Assembly (NCBI GenBank): GCA_965203445.1
Contig: OZ241883.1
Coordinates: forward strand, 1,376,001-1,440,000
Length of the DNA stretch: 64,000 nt
Source: Candidatus Oxydemutator sp.
GTDB taxonomy: Bacteria; Pseudomonadota; Gammaproteobacteria; Poriferisulfidales; Oxydemutatoraceae
Direction of reading: 5' to 3'
Part shown: positions 21,523 to 33,080 of the stretch, piece by piece
How positions within the stretch are numbered: the stretch's first letter is position 1
Layout: every line of letters begins with the position of its first letter
Notes under the pieces: generated by a model
Database searches by the model: none
What the model was told of the DNA's origin: nothing
The model's input: the letters and a program-made list of their open reading frames with translations, nothing else
Made by a program: the position numbers and the translations under genes

Positions 21523-22166
21523 TTCCTTCTTTCCTCCGTTGGCAAAAACACCCCGCATCCCACCCGTCGCCGTCCGCCAATTCCCTTTTCTTGTAAGCGA
21601 ATGGATTCTTCTGCCGTCAGTTCCGTTACCAGCATGGAATAGCCGACGATGGTTTTGCTGCCGACGCGAAATACGCGGCGGCCATGGTTGCGGTCTGCAT
21701 TGCCTGCATTCTGCCTGGAAGGGATCCGTAGTGGCTTGCCATGGATCTCCAGCGCTTCCAGCTGGCGCTGTATTTCCGCGTCAAAACGCTCAACGTCTTC
21801 GCCATTCCTGGTAGTAACAATGCGGGCATACAGTGTAGCCGCCGGTATCAGCGCGACACTTCGGCTGACTCCAACTCTCACGGGGCAACCATCCAGTTCG
21901 ATTCTCTTGCCCGCCAGTTTCAAGGCCTTCGGCAGAAGTTCCGCCGGCATCCGCATCCCCAAGCGTGCGTTATCTGACAGCAGCAGTTTTCCATGGCCAT
22001 CATGGGCACCGCGTATCAGATGAAGCCCGACGTCGAGGTTGCCGTGTAACCATTGATCACTCGGCGATTCCAGTATCCGCGAAGCTGCACTGAAAAGCGC
22101 ATAGCCATGGTCCAGCGGGACTTGCTTCCCTGTTACCGTAAAAAATATATCAACTATTCTTTTCAT
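21519..22166 (-). CDS. cas6: Cas6 (Cmx6-type)
   Basis: VPLDHGYALFSA, C-terminal G-loop LQEKGIGGRRRVGCGVF. Confidence 0.93.
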   Translation of the reverse strand: MKRIVDIFFTVTGKQVPLDHGYALFSAASRILESPSDQWLHGNLDVGLHLIRGAHDGHGKLLLSDNARLGMRMPAELLPKALKLAGKRIELDGCPVRVGVSRSVALIPAATLYARIVTTRNGEDVERFDAEIQRQLEALEIHGKPLRIPSRQNAGNADRNHGRRVFRVGSKTIVGYSMLVTELTAEESIRLQEKGIGGRRRVGCGVFLPTEERRK

Positions 22167-22327
22167 GGTAGAACTTACCTTACAATGATTATTGTATCAG
22201 ACAGCGCTCTCAGCTTCTTGTATGAGGCCACCACATTCTGGACAAATGAGGGAGTTGTTTTCAGGTGGCTTGGCGCGGGGTGATATTCTCCCCGTCCAGG
22301 ATTTTTCTGGCTTTATACAGTGATTTT

Positions 22328-23104
22328 ATGAAACAAAAGTTGATGCGGTCTCGTTATGGGGCGTTGTGGAGCCGGGACGAGTTGATTCTGGCTTTTGAGC
22401 TTTACTGTCGGATACCATTTCGGCGGACAAATAATCGTGATCCGCAAATTAAGGAGTTGGCCGGGATTTTAGGTCGTACTCCCAGCTCCGTTGCGAGAAA
22501 ATTGGGGAATTTCGGTTCCCTGGATCCGAGATTGCAGAAGGCAGGTATAAAAGGGTTGACCAACGTCAGCAGGATGGATCGAGAGATATGGGAGGCGTTT
22601 CATGCCGACTGGAACGCCCTGGTATGGGAAGCCAATCTGCTGAAAGAAAAATACAGCAGTGCAGTTACGGATAAAGGATTTGTCCCAGTGCCTTCTGGGC
22701 CTTCGGAAAAACTGAGGCTGACCAGGCAAAGGGTGCACCAGACTTTTTTCCGTGAAACGGTTTTGAGTAATTATCAGGCGACCTGCTGTGTTTCGGGTCT
22801 TTCGATCCCAGAATGTTTGAACGCCATTCATATTGTTCCGTGGAGCGAAAGTGAGGAATTTCGGGCCGATCCGACGAATGGATTGTGTCTTAGTGCGACT
22901 TTCCATTGTCTGTTTGATGCAGGGCTTATGGCCATTGCTGAAGATTTGACCGTTCTCTTTGCGCCTCGCGTAATGCAGCGCGATGATTTTGCTACTAAGA
23001 GGTTGTTGAAGTATTACAGTGGGCGGCCGATGAAAAGACCGCTCCGTTTTCTCCCGAACAGCAGGCGGCTTGCATGGCACAGAGAAAATACATTCCACTC
23101 TTAG
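22328..23104 (+). CDS. HNH endonuclease (putative restriction-type)
   Basis: N-terminal WSRDELILAFELYCRIPF domain, then FFRETVLSNY..CCVSGL, HIVPW, NGLCL, FDAG. Confidence 0.85.
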   Translation: MKQKLMRSRYGALWSRDELILAFELYCRIPFRRTNNRDPQIKELAGILGRTPSSVARKLGNFGSLDPRLQKAGIKGLTNVSRMDREIWEAFHADWNALVWEANLLKEKYSSAVTDKGFVPVPSGPSEKLRLTRQRVHQTFFRETVLSNYQATCCVSGLSIPECLNAIHIVPWSESEEFRADPTNGLCLSATFHCLFDAGLMAIAEDLTVLFAPRVMQRDDFATKRLLKYYSGRPMKRPLRFLPNSRRLAWHRENTFHS

Positions 23105-23129
23105 AGTAGTCCAGGGCAGTCTTTTCCCA

Positions 23130-23834
23130 TCAGATCGCCGTCCGAAGTGGAGCATTGCCCGTATTGACTATTTCTACTATCTTTCCGATAGCCTCTCCCG
23201 ACAATTTTCCGTCCCTTTTGTCCCCCTCGCATAGTGCTGTTCGGAAGCCCAGGTAGTCCGGCCCGATCTTTTGCAGGGGTTCGATGTCGTCCATCCCCAG
23301 CGATCCTGCGATTCCGCACAGCAGGCCGCAGTTCCGTGCCGCCTGCACGAATCTGTCCAACTTTTCATCGGTTGCGCATTTTCTGACCGAGCCGTTTCCT
23401 TTGTCCGCCGTGTCCACCATTGCGCCGGCGAAGCCTGCTTCCTTCAGCAGCGAACAAGGGCCCTCGAAGTCGGCGATTCGATCCGCGAACAAGACTCCCA
23501 CCAGCCGAATCTCTCCCGCCGCGTGCTTCAGCACTGGCAGACACTTTTCCAGATAGTGCGGCCCGAACAGTCCGACTTTTACGTAATCCACGCCGAGGGC
23601 CGCGACCTCGCGTGCTCGTTCCACCATCATCTCGCCTTGCGCCGGCAGATCGCCGGTCGTCGCGCTCGTTGTGCGGCGGCCGTTCGCCACCTTGACAATC
23701 GCGCGGATCACGTCGGTATCCAACGCGCCCAAGGCGCCCGTCGCCGGTTCTTTCATGTCGAGGACGTCTATCGGCGCGCGCAGGGCGATCTTGGCTTCTT
23801 CTACGCTGCGCACGCTGGCGAGCAGTCTGGTCAT
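23130..23834 (-). CDS. (5-formylfuran-3-yl)methyl phosphate synthase, MfnB/DUF556 family
   Basis: LLASVRSVEEA, DMKEP..GALGA, SATTGD, GVDYVKVGL, MVDTADK, GIAGSL, PDYLGFRTALC. Confidence 0.85.
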   Translation of the reverse strand: MTRLLASVRSVEEAKIALRAPIDVLDMKEPATGALGALDTDVIRAIVKVANGRRTTSATTGDLPAQGEMMVERAREVAALGVDYVKVGLFGPHYLEKCLPVLKHAAGEIRLVGVLFADRIADFEGPCSLLKEAGFAGAMVDTADKGNGSVRKCATDEKLDRFVQAARNCGLLCGIAGSLGMDDIEPLQKIGPDYLGFRTALCEGDKRDGKLSGEAIGKIVEIVNTGNAPLRTAI

Positions 23835-24499
23835 TCGCGCGGTCTCGTTCCCGTCGCGGGCGTCGGCCTTGGCCTTGCCGTCGTCGCTCGCGCCGCCGTG
23901 CCGACATCCGTGCCAGTGCTCGCGCCACCGCCCGCGCCACCCCTCCGCGCGCGATATTTCCGCACCTTGTCCATCAGCCAGCCCCACGCCTCCCGCTCGC
24001 GTTCGCCGGCGGTTTTCTCGATTGCGATTTTCAGGTATTCGATTTCGCGCTCCACTTTGTCCGGCGGCAGCCGGTCGAGGCGGCTGACTAATATCGAGAG
24101 TTCGATCACCGCGGCCTGGGCGCGGTTGAAGCCGGCGAACGGGGCGTGGTTGGCCTCGTGCGCGACGGTGCAGACGAAGCGCGGGCGCACGTCGTCCTCG
24201 ATGATTTCGGCGACCTCGACCTCGGCGTGGCTGAGTGCGTCGGCAAGTCTTTGCAGCGGCAGGCGTTCGGCGTCGCACAGCGGCCAGTCGCGCCGCCCGC
24301 ACAGGCTGCCGGCGAACACGCGCACGTCGTCGGTGTGGTTGATTACGGCGCAGCGTTCGCGTCGCAGGTTGGCGAGCGTCGTCGAGGGTGCGAACGGCGC
24401 CAGCACGCGCGCGTCGCCGTCGGCCCAGACGCCCATCGGCGCCAAGTGTGTCGTGCCGTCGTCGTTGCGGGTGGCGACGATGGATTCGTGGATCAGCAT
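23831..24499 (-). CDS. DUF447 family protein (H4MPT-linked C1 cluster, Orf19-like)
   Basis: IHESIVAT, HLAPMG, PFAPSTTLANL, FNRAQAAVIELSILVSRL, KTAGE. Confidence 0.85.
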   Translation of the reverse strand: MLIHESIVATRNDDGTTHLAPMGVWADGDARVLAPFAPSTTLANLRRERCAVINHTDDVRVFAGSLCGRRDWPLCDAERLPLQRLADALSHAEVEVAEIIEDDVRPRFVCTVAHEANHAPFAGFNRAQAAVIELSILVSRLDRLPPDKVEREIEYLKIAIEKTAGEREREAWGWLMDKVRKYRARRGGAGGGASTGTDVGTAARATTARPRPTPATGTRPRE

Positions 24500-26055
24500 G
24501 GTTTTGTATTTTGTCCCGGCGCCCTGTCTTCGGCGTGCTCGTCTTTGGCGCCTCCGTCTTCGGCACCCTTGTCTTCGGCGCCCCTCTCTTCGGCGCGCCC
24601 GATGCCCTCGCGTCGCGCCCGGCTCCGGCGCCTGCGGCGCTCGCGCTTTGCCTTCAGCGTCACGCCTTCCTCTTTGAACTTCGTCAGGTCTTCGCGCGCC
24701 TTTTCGACGGCGCAGCCCCAGTCGAGTTCCTCGTCCTGGTTGTAGCGTTTGCCGAGTTGGTGCGCGATTTGCGCGCGCGCCAGTTCGACGCCGAGATAAA
24801 AGGCGTGCCCGCCGTCGTCCTCGACCGCGAGCGCGGTATAGAAGTCGAAGGGGTCGGTCGCGGTGCGGTACAGGTCCCGATTATAGACGTGCACGCCTTG
24901 TTCGTTGACCTGAATGCGAAAGCCGGGGTCTTTGACGCCTGCTGCGAACGCGCGGATCTCGGCGTCGTCGTACGGGAACGGCTTGCGCTCGTGCAGCATC
25001 ATCAGGCGCTCGCCGAAGCCGGTCGGCGTCGTGTTTTCCTCGCGCGCGGCGAACATCACGCGCCGCGCCGCGTCCAGCTCGCGGATCGCGTGGCGGCAGT
25101 GTTCGCTGACCTCGGTCGTCAGCACGCAGCCGATGCGCAACTCCGACGCGATCCCGGCCAGCAGCGCGTTGACGCCAGCGCTGTCGGCGTGCGTCAGTTC
25201 GCTCAGGTTGCCCACGCCCATCATCATCTCGGCCTCGGGATAGTCGGCGCGCACGCGGTGGTAGCGCACCAGCGAGTCGGCGAAGCCGCAGTGCACCGGG
25301 TCGAGTATCGGGTCGGCGACAAAGCGCCTGCCTTTCGCTTGCAGCGCGTCCATGCATTCGTACAGCGTCTCGAGTTGTTGCGGCGAGTCGGGTATCACTA
25401 TCGGCGTCGCGTCGGTCTCGTCGGCCACCCACAGCGTTTGCCGCGTCAGGCTCAGCAGATAGTCGGCGCCGGCGCGCGCGGCTGCCAGCAGTTGTTCGCC
25501 GTCGAGCGTGTCTATGCTCACCTGGAAACCTTCCTGCTTCAGCAGCGCGATTGCGTCCGCCAGGTGCGGGAACGGCGTCTCCGGCAAAAATCCCAGGTCG
25601 ACGACGTCGGCGCCGTCGGCGCGCTGGCGGCGCGCGATCTCTACGATCTGCTCGGGCGCCAAGTTCGGCGCGTCCACGATCTCGCCGAAGATGCGCACGT
25701 CGTAGCGGTCGAGCGTTCGTTTCCTGGCGCCCTTGCCGAAGAACGCCGGCAGGTCCTTCAACTCCTCCGGCCCGCGCTCGAACGGCACGCCGAAGCGCGC
25801 CGTCAGCCTGTCGAGGTCGCCGCGAAAGCGGCCCGGCAGCACGACGCGGTCGGCGCCGAAGGTGTCGAAGGTGTCGCCAAGGCGGCGCTCGATCAGCTCG
25901 GTGGTCATCAGCGCGGCGACGCTTAAGCCCAACTCGTGTACAGTGTAGGTACATCCGTCGGGCCGTATCTCGTCGAGCACCTTGAGCAGGCTCAGGCGGG
26001 CGAGCTTGCCGGTCAGAAACAGCAGGTGTTCGGGTTTTTCGGACGGGTCGGGCAT
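24493..26055 (-). CDS. Dihydropteroate synthase-like protein (Orf20-like, H4MPT biosynthesis)
   Basis: LFLTGKLA, RGPEELKDLP, GADVVDLG, DPILDP, GNLSELTHADS, HAFYLGVELARA. ATG at 26055. Confidence 0.85.
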   Translation of the reverse strand: MPDPSEKPEHLLFLTGKLARLSLLKVLDEIRPDGCTYTVHELGLSVAALMTTELIERRLGDTFDTFGADRVVLPGRFRGDLDRLTARFGVPFERGPEELKDLPAFFGKGARKRTLDRYDVRIFGEIVDAPNLAPEQIVEIARRQRADGADVVDLGFLPETPFPHLADAIALLKQEGFQVSIDTLDGEQLLAAARAGADYLLSLTRQTLWVADETDATPIVIPDSPQQLETLYECMDALQAKGRRFVADPILDPVHCGFADSLVRYHRVRADYPEAEMMMGVGNLSELTHADSAGVNALLAGIASELRIGCVLTTEVSEHCRHAIRELDAARRVMFAAREENTTPTGFGERLMMLHERKPFPYDDAEIRAFAAGVKDPGFRIQVNEQGVHVYNRDLYRTATDPFDFYTALAVEDDGGHAFYLGVELARAQIAHQLGKRYNQDEELDWGCAVEKAREDLTKFKEEGVTLKAKRERRRRRSRARREGIGRAEERGAEDKGAEDGGAKDEHAEDRAPGQNTKPC

Positions 26056-26107
26056 GGAAAGAAACCGGCGGGCGCCTGGCGCGGTTCTCATTATAAGTTA
26101 TAAGGTG

Positions 26108-26656
26108 ATGCGCGATTATTCGTTGTGGTTGCTGCCGCCGCCGCGCGAGAGTGCGGCGTGGCGCGCGTTGATCCGGCGCCTCGCCGCGGCTTTCGACGCG
26201 CCCGTATTCGAGCCGCACGTGACGCTGCTGGGGGGTATCGCCGCACCGCCGTCGCAGGCCCTTGCCGCCGCGCGCGAATGGGCGCAGTCCTCGCCGCCGC
26301 TTATAGCGCGTCCGCGCGCGATTGCCTGCCTTGACGAGTATTACCGCTGCGTGTTCGTCGAGTTGGAGAAAACGCCGGAGTTGCTCGCGGCGCGCCGGCG
26401 CGCGGAAAGAATTTTCAAGCGCGCCGGCGGTGCCTACCTGCCGCACCTAAGCCTGCTCTACGGGCGTTACGACGCCGCCGCAAAACGGCGCGCCGTCGCC
26501 ACCGTCGGCGCGCCCTCCCGCGCGCCTTTCCGGCTGCCGTGCGCGGCGTTGGTCGAGATGGGCGCGGGTGGTGCGCCGGCGGACTGGCGGGTCGCGGAAG
26601 TTTTCCCTCTGGCGCCGCCCGCGGGAGACGCGCGCGAAGGGCATGGGGCTGTATAG
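26108..26656 (+). CDS. 2H phosphoesterase (cyclic phosphodiesterase-like)
   Basis: YSLWLLP and two HxT/S motifs (FEPHVTL, PHLSLLYG). Confidence 0.85.
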   Translation: MRDYSLWLLPPPRESAAWRALIRRLAAAFDAPVFEPHVTLLGGIAAPPSQALAAAREWAQSSPPLIARPRAIACLDEYYRCVFVELEKTPELLAARRRAERIFKRAGGAYLPHLSLLYGRYDAAAKRRAVATVGAPSRAPFRLPCAALVEMGAGGAPADWRVAEVFPLAPPAGDAREGHGAV

Positions 26657-26686
26657 GGGCTTTACAATAGCGCTACAATACCCGCG

Positions 26687-27817
26687 ATGGACGGCCAGAG
26701 CGACAATGTCCGACGACGCCTCGACGATCTCCGCCGCGGCCTGGACGCGAGCGCCCGCACCCAGGTCGGCTATCCGTGCAACCAGGCGTTCGATTATTCC
26801 GAGCTGCTGCCGTTTCTCCGGCGTTCGATGAACAACGTCGGCGATCCGTTCCACGACAGCAACTACTGGAGCAACACGCACGAGTTCGAGCGCGAGGTGG
26901 TCGCCACGTTCGCGCGGCTGACGGGGTTTTCGCCACAACACTGCTGGGGCTACGTCACCCACGGCGGCACCGAGGGCAACATGTACGGCCTCTACCTCGC
27001 GCGCGAACTGTATCCGAACGGCCTCTTTTATTTTTCCGAGGACACGCACTACAGTGTGCTCAAGACGATGCACGTGCTGCACGCGCGCAACATCATGATC
27101 AAGAGCCGCGGCGACGGCGAGATGGACTACGACGACCTGCGCGAGACGCTGCGCATTCACCGCGACGTGCCGGCGATTGTGCTCGCCAATATCGGCACGA
27201 CGATGAAGGGCGCGGTGGACGATCTGCACGTCATCCGCGGCATCTTCGATGATCTTGCGATCCGCGACTATTACGTCCACGCCGACGCCGCGCTTTCGGG
27301 CATGATCCTGCCGTTCGTCGAGGAGCCGCAGCCGTACCGCTTCGAGGACGGCTACCACAGCATCGCCGTCAGCGGCCACAAGCTGATCGGCGCGCCGCTG
27401 CCGTGCGGCATCGTGCTCGCGCGGCGCGATTACGTCGCGCGCGTATCGCGCGCCGTCGAATACGTCGGCGTGCTCGATACGACGCTGGCCGGCTCGCGCA
27501 ACGCCTTTACGCCCCTGCTGTTATGGTACGCGTTCCAGCGCGTCGGCCTGGACGGTTTCCGGCAGATAGTCGCGGCCATGCTCGAAGTCGCGGAATACGC
27601 GGTGGCGCGTTTCAACCGCGAGGGCATTGCGGCGTGGCGCCACAAGAATTCGGTGACCGTGGTTTTTCCGAGACCGCCCGCAAGCGTCACGCGCAAATGG
27701 CAGATCGCGCTCTACAAGGACATTGCGCACGTCATCACGATGCCGCACGTAACGCGCGAGACGGTGGACGCGCTGGTCGCCGACTGCGCGCGTGCGCGGG
27801 TCGACGAGGCGGCTTGA
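26687..27817 (+). CDS. PLP-dependent group II decarboxylase, histidine decarboxylase-like
   Basis: GYPCN, NNVGDPF, WGYVTHGGTEGN, HYS, HADAALSG, SGHK (PLP lysine), GSRN. Confidence 0.88.
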   Translation: MDGQSDNVRRRLDDLRRGLDASARTQVGYPCNQAFDYSELLPFLRRSMNNVGDPFHDSNYWSNTHEFEREVVATFARLTGFSPQHCWGYVTHGGTEGNMYGLYLARELYPNGLFYFSEDTHYSVLKTMHVLHARNIMIKSRGDGEMDYDDLRETLRIHRDVPAIVLANIGTTMKGAVDDLHVIRGIFDDLAIRDYYVHADAALSGMILPFVEEPQPYRFEDGYHSIAVSGHKLIGAPLPCGIVLARRDYVARVSRAVEYVGVLDTTLAGSRNAFTPLLLWYAFQRVGLDGFRQIVAAMLEVAEYAVARFNREGIAAWRHKNSVTVVFPRPPASVTRKWQIALYKDIAHVITMPHVTRETVDALVADCARARVDEAA

Positions 27818-27851
27818 CGACGGCTTGGCGGGAACGGATCGGGAAGCGCTT

Positions 27852-28244
27852 ATGAAACGCATTGTCATCGTGGCCGGAGACGAAGTCGGCGTCATCGCCG
27901 ACCTCAGCCGCCTGCTGGCCGACAACGGCATCAACATAGAGACCTTGGACGCCGACAGCCACGGCGACCACGGCATGATCGTTTTGACCACCGACCAGTC
28001 GGACGAGGCGCTGCACGTGCTGAGGCAGGCGTCGTACAAGGCGGTCGCCGACGACGCGCTGATTTTGAGACTGCGCGACGAACCGGGCGCGCTGGCCAAG
28101 GTCTCGGAACGTTTGAAGCGCGCCAACGTCAACATCCGCAGCGTCCATATTCTCAATCGCCGCAACAATTACTCGACGGTCGCGATGGCCGTGGACGAAC
28201 GCGACAAGGCCCTCGAGTTGCTCGCCGGCGAAATCATCACCTGA
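27852..28244 (+). CDS. ACT domain-containing protein (tandem ACT)
   Basis: DEVGVIADLSRLLADNGINI and DEPGALAKVSERLKRANVNI. Confidence 0.85.
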   Translation: MKRIVIVAGDEVGVIADLSRLLADNGINIETLDADSHGDHGMIVLTTDQSDEALHVLRQASYKAVADDALILRLRDEPGALAKVSERLKRANVNIRSVHILNRRNNYSTVAMAVDERDKALELLAGEIIT

Positions 28245-28291
28245 TGAAACCCGCTCCCTCTGGAAGAGGATGGCCACAGGCCCATAATGTA

Positions 28292-28314
28292 ACCCTCTCC
28301 CCCTAGGAGAGGGT
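28292..28314. repeat. REP-like palindrome ACCCTCTCC-N5-GGAGAGGGT
   Basis: Perfect 9-bp inverted arms. A related copy is at 34475-34495. Confidence 0.6.
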
Positions 28315-28326
28315 GGAGCAAGAACT

Positions 28327-28335
28327 TGGTATAAT
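28327..28335 (+). promoter_or_regulatory. Putative extended -10 promoter of prfB (TGGTATAAT)
   Basis: Consensus TGnTATAAT 18 nt upstream of the ATG. Confidence 0.5.
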
Positions 28336-28353
28336 TTTCTTATTTTTTCGGTC

Positions 28354-29449
<1,096 letters not shown>

Positions 29450-29452
29450 GCG

Positions 29453-30961
<1,509 letters not shown>

Positions 30962-30965
30962 CGCG

Positions 30966-32264
30966 ATGGAAGTGTTGGCAATACTCCTGTTGCTTGCGCT
31001 GGCCGGCGGCGGGGTCTTCTTTGCGCGGCGGCTTGCCGGCGAGAAATCGCGCGCCGACGGCGCCGTCGCCACGGTCGCGCAACGCGATTCGCGCATCGCC
31101 GGCCTGGAGGAGAAGTTGCGCGCGGCCGAGGAAACCGAACGCGGACGGATTGCGAAGATCGCCCGTCTCGAGGCCGAACTCGAAAGCCGCACCGCCCATC
31201 TGGGCGAACGCCTCCGCGAACAGGGCCAATTCGAGGAGCGCATGAAGGACGCGGTCAAGCAGCTGACGCAGGAGGCGTTGCAGCACCAGGGGGATCGCTT
31301 CAAGCAGACCAACCGCGAGCAGATGGGCCACCTGATCGAGCCGCTCAAGAAAGACATCCGCGATTTCAAGGACTCGTTCGAGACGCTGAAGACCGAGACC
31401 GCCAAGGAACGCCAGAACCTGCTCACCCAGTTCAACCAGCTGAACCAGGCGGCGCTCGAAATCTCACGCGACGCGAGCGACCTGACGCGCGCGCTGAAGG
31501 GCGAGAAGCAGAAGCAGGGCGCGTGGGGCGAGAGCGTGCTTGAGACCATCCTGGAGGGCTCGGGCCTGCGGGAGGGACACGAGTATCAGCGCCAGCGATC
31601 GTTCACCGGCGACGACGGCGCCCGCCTGCGCCCCGACGTGGTCATCAACATGCCGTCGTCGGACGAGCGCGTCATCATAGACTCGAAGGTGTCGCTGGTG
31701 GCCTTTATCGAGTACGTCAACGCCGACGATGAGGAAGTCCGCGAGCAGGCGTTGCAGCGGCACGTGCAGGCCGTGCGCCGCCACGTCGCGAGCCTCGGCG
31801 AAAAGGGCTACGCCGACGCGGTCCGCTCCGATCTCGATTTTGTCATCATGTTCATGCCCATCGAGGCGGCGTTTGCGGCCGTGGTCGAAAAGGACCTGGA
31901 AATCACCGAATACGCGATCAAGCGCCGCGTCATCGTGGCGACGCCGACGACGCTGCTGCTGGCGTTGCGCACCATCGCCAACCTGTGGCGCGTCGAGAGG
32001 CGCAACGCCAACGCCGACGAGATCGCGCGGCGCGGCGGCGAACTCTACGACAAAGTCGCGCGGTTTCTCGAGTCCTTCGGCAAGGTCGGCGAGCGCATCG
32101 GCGCCGCGCGCGACGCATACGAGCAGGCCGAGAAGCGCCTGAAAAGCGGTCGCGGCAACCTCGTCCGCCAGACCGAAATGCTGCGTGATCTCGGCGCCAG
32201 CCCGGGAAAATGTATTCCCGAAGGTTGGCAGGAAGAAGATTTAGAAAAAAAGAGTCTCGAGTGA
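30966..32264 (+). CDS. rmuC: DNA recombination protein RmuC
   Basis: N-terminal TM, coiled coil, QGAWGE, RPDV, IDSKVSL, DFVIMFMP.E, TPTTL. Confidence 0.92.
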   Translation: MEVLAILLLLALAGGGVFFARRLAGEKSRADGAVATVAQRDSRIAGLEEKLRAAEETERGRIAKIARLEAELESRTAHLGERLREQGQFEERMKDAVKQLTQEALQHQGDRFKQTNREQMGHLIEPLKKDIRDFKDSFETLKTETAKERQNLLTQFNQLNQAALEISRDASDLTRALKGEKQKQGAWGESVLETILEGSGLREGHEYQRQRSFTGDDGARLRPDVVINMPSSDERVIIDSKVSLVAFIEYVNADDEEVREQALQRHVQAVRRHVASLGEKGYADAVRSDLDFVIMFMPIEAAFAAVVEKDLEITEYAIKRRVIVATPTTLLLALRTIANLWRVERRNANADEIARRGGELYDKVARFLESFGKVGERIGAARDAYEQAEKRLKSGRGNLVRQTEMLRDLGASPGKCIPEGWQEEDLEKKSLE

Positions 32265-33061
32265 TGGATGAAAATCTTGTTAACAAAATGAAGATCACGT
32301 TCAGGGGAAAGTTGCTACGTGTGTGGTGGTGGTTGCGTAAGAATCGCTATCGGTTCGGGTTTTTGTTTCGGAATGATTTGCACAAGCTGGCTGTGATCAA
32401 TGGAACTGATAAGTTGTCGCTGGGCTATATCGATCATTACGCGTTGCACCTATCAAAATTCAAAAGGAAAAGATTCAATCTGCTGGAAATCGGCGTTGGA
32501 GGTTACAAGGGTTCGTTGGCGGGTGGTGAGTCTCTGAGAATGTGGAAAACGTATTTCCCGCGCGCCAACGTATTTGGAATAGATATTTATGACAAGTCTC
32601 GTCTCGAGGAGACGCGCATCAAAACTTTTCAGGGGCACCAGGCGGAGGAAAATTTTTTGGAGCGGGTGGTTGCTGAGACAGGGGGTATAGACGTCGTCAT
32701 AGATGACGGCAGCCACGTCAGCGAGGATGTCATCCGGTCGTTTTGTTTTTTGTTTCCGAAGTTGAGCGACGGGGGCATATACGTTGTCGAGGATCTGCAA
32801 ACGTCGTACTATCCTGACTATCCTGATCCTGGTGTTGACCTGAACGCCCGAAACGACGTGAAGACGTCTATGGGTTTTTTCAAGAGCCTGTTAGATGGCT
32901 TCTACTATAAGGATTTTAAAGCCGTGCCGTCCGGCTACGAACCCAGTTACTTTGACAAGAAAATCGTGGCCATGCACTTCTATCATAATCTGCTATTTAT
33001 CTATAAGGGCGACAACGACCGAACCGTGTGGCATCTTTCCGGCGATGAACCCCCTGGGTGA
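32264..33061 (+). CDS. Class I SAM-dependent methyltransferase (MycE/TylE-like sugar O-methyltransferase family)
   Basis: GTDK, LLEIGVGGY, GGESLRMW, IDDGSH, YVVEDLQTSY. Lower GC than the flanks. Confidence 0.8.
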   Translation: MDENLVNKMKITFRGKLLRVWWWLRKNRYRFGFLFRNDLHKLAVINGTDKLSLGYIDHYALHLSKFKRKRFNLLEIGVGGYKGSLAGGESLRMWKTYFPRANVFGIDIYDKSRLEETRIKTFQGHQAEENFLERVVAETGGIDVVIDDGSHVSEDVIRSFCFLFPKLSDGGIYVVEDLQTSYYPDYPDPGVDLNARNDVKTSMGFFKSLLDGFYYKDFKAVPSGYEPSYFDKKIVAMHFYHNLLFIYKGDNDRTVWHLSGDEPPG

Positions 33062-33080
33062 GTCCCTGGGAAAGATCCCG

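Noticed and set aside
13818-22166. Possible type I-B CRISPR-associated transposon (CAST)
   Set aside because: Cas3 and the adaptation genes are intact, and no tnsA/B/C or tniQ is present in the window.
23130-24566. 478-aa ORF as a single fused protein
   Set aside because: The N-terminal half is an alternative frame over the DUF447 gene. The real MfnB-like gene starts at 23834.
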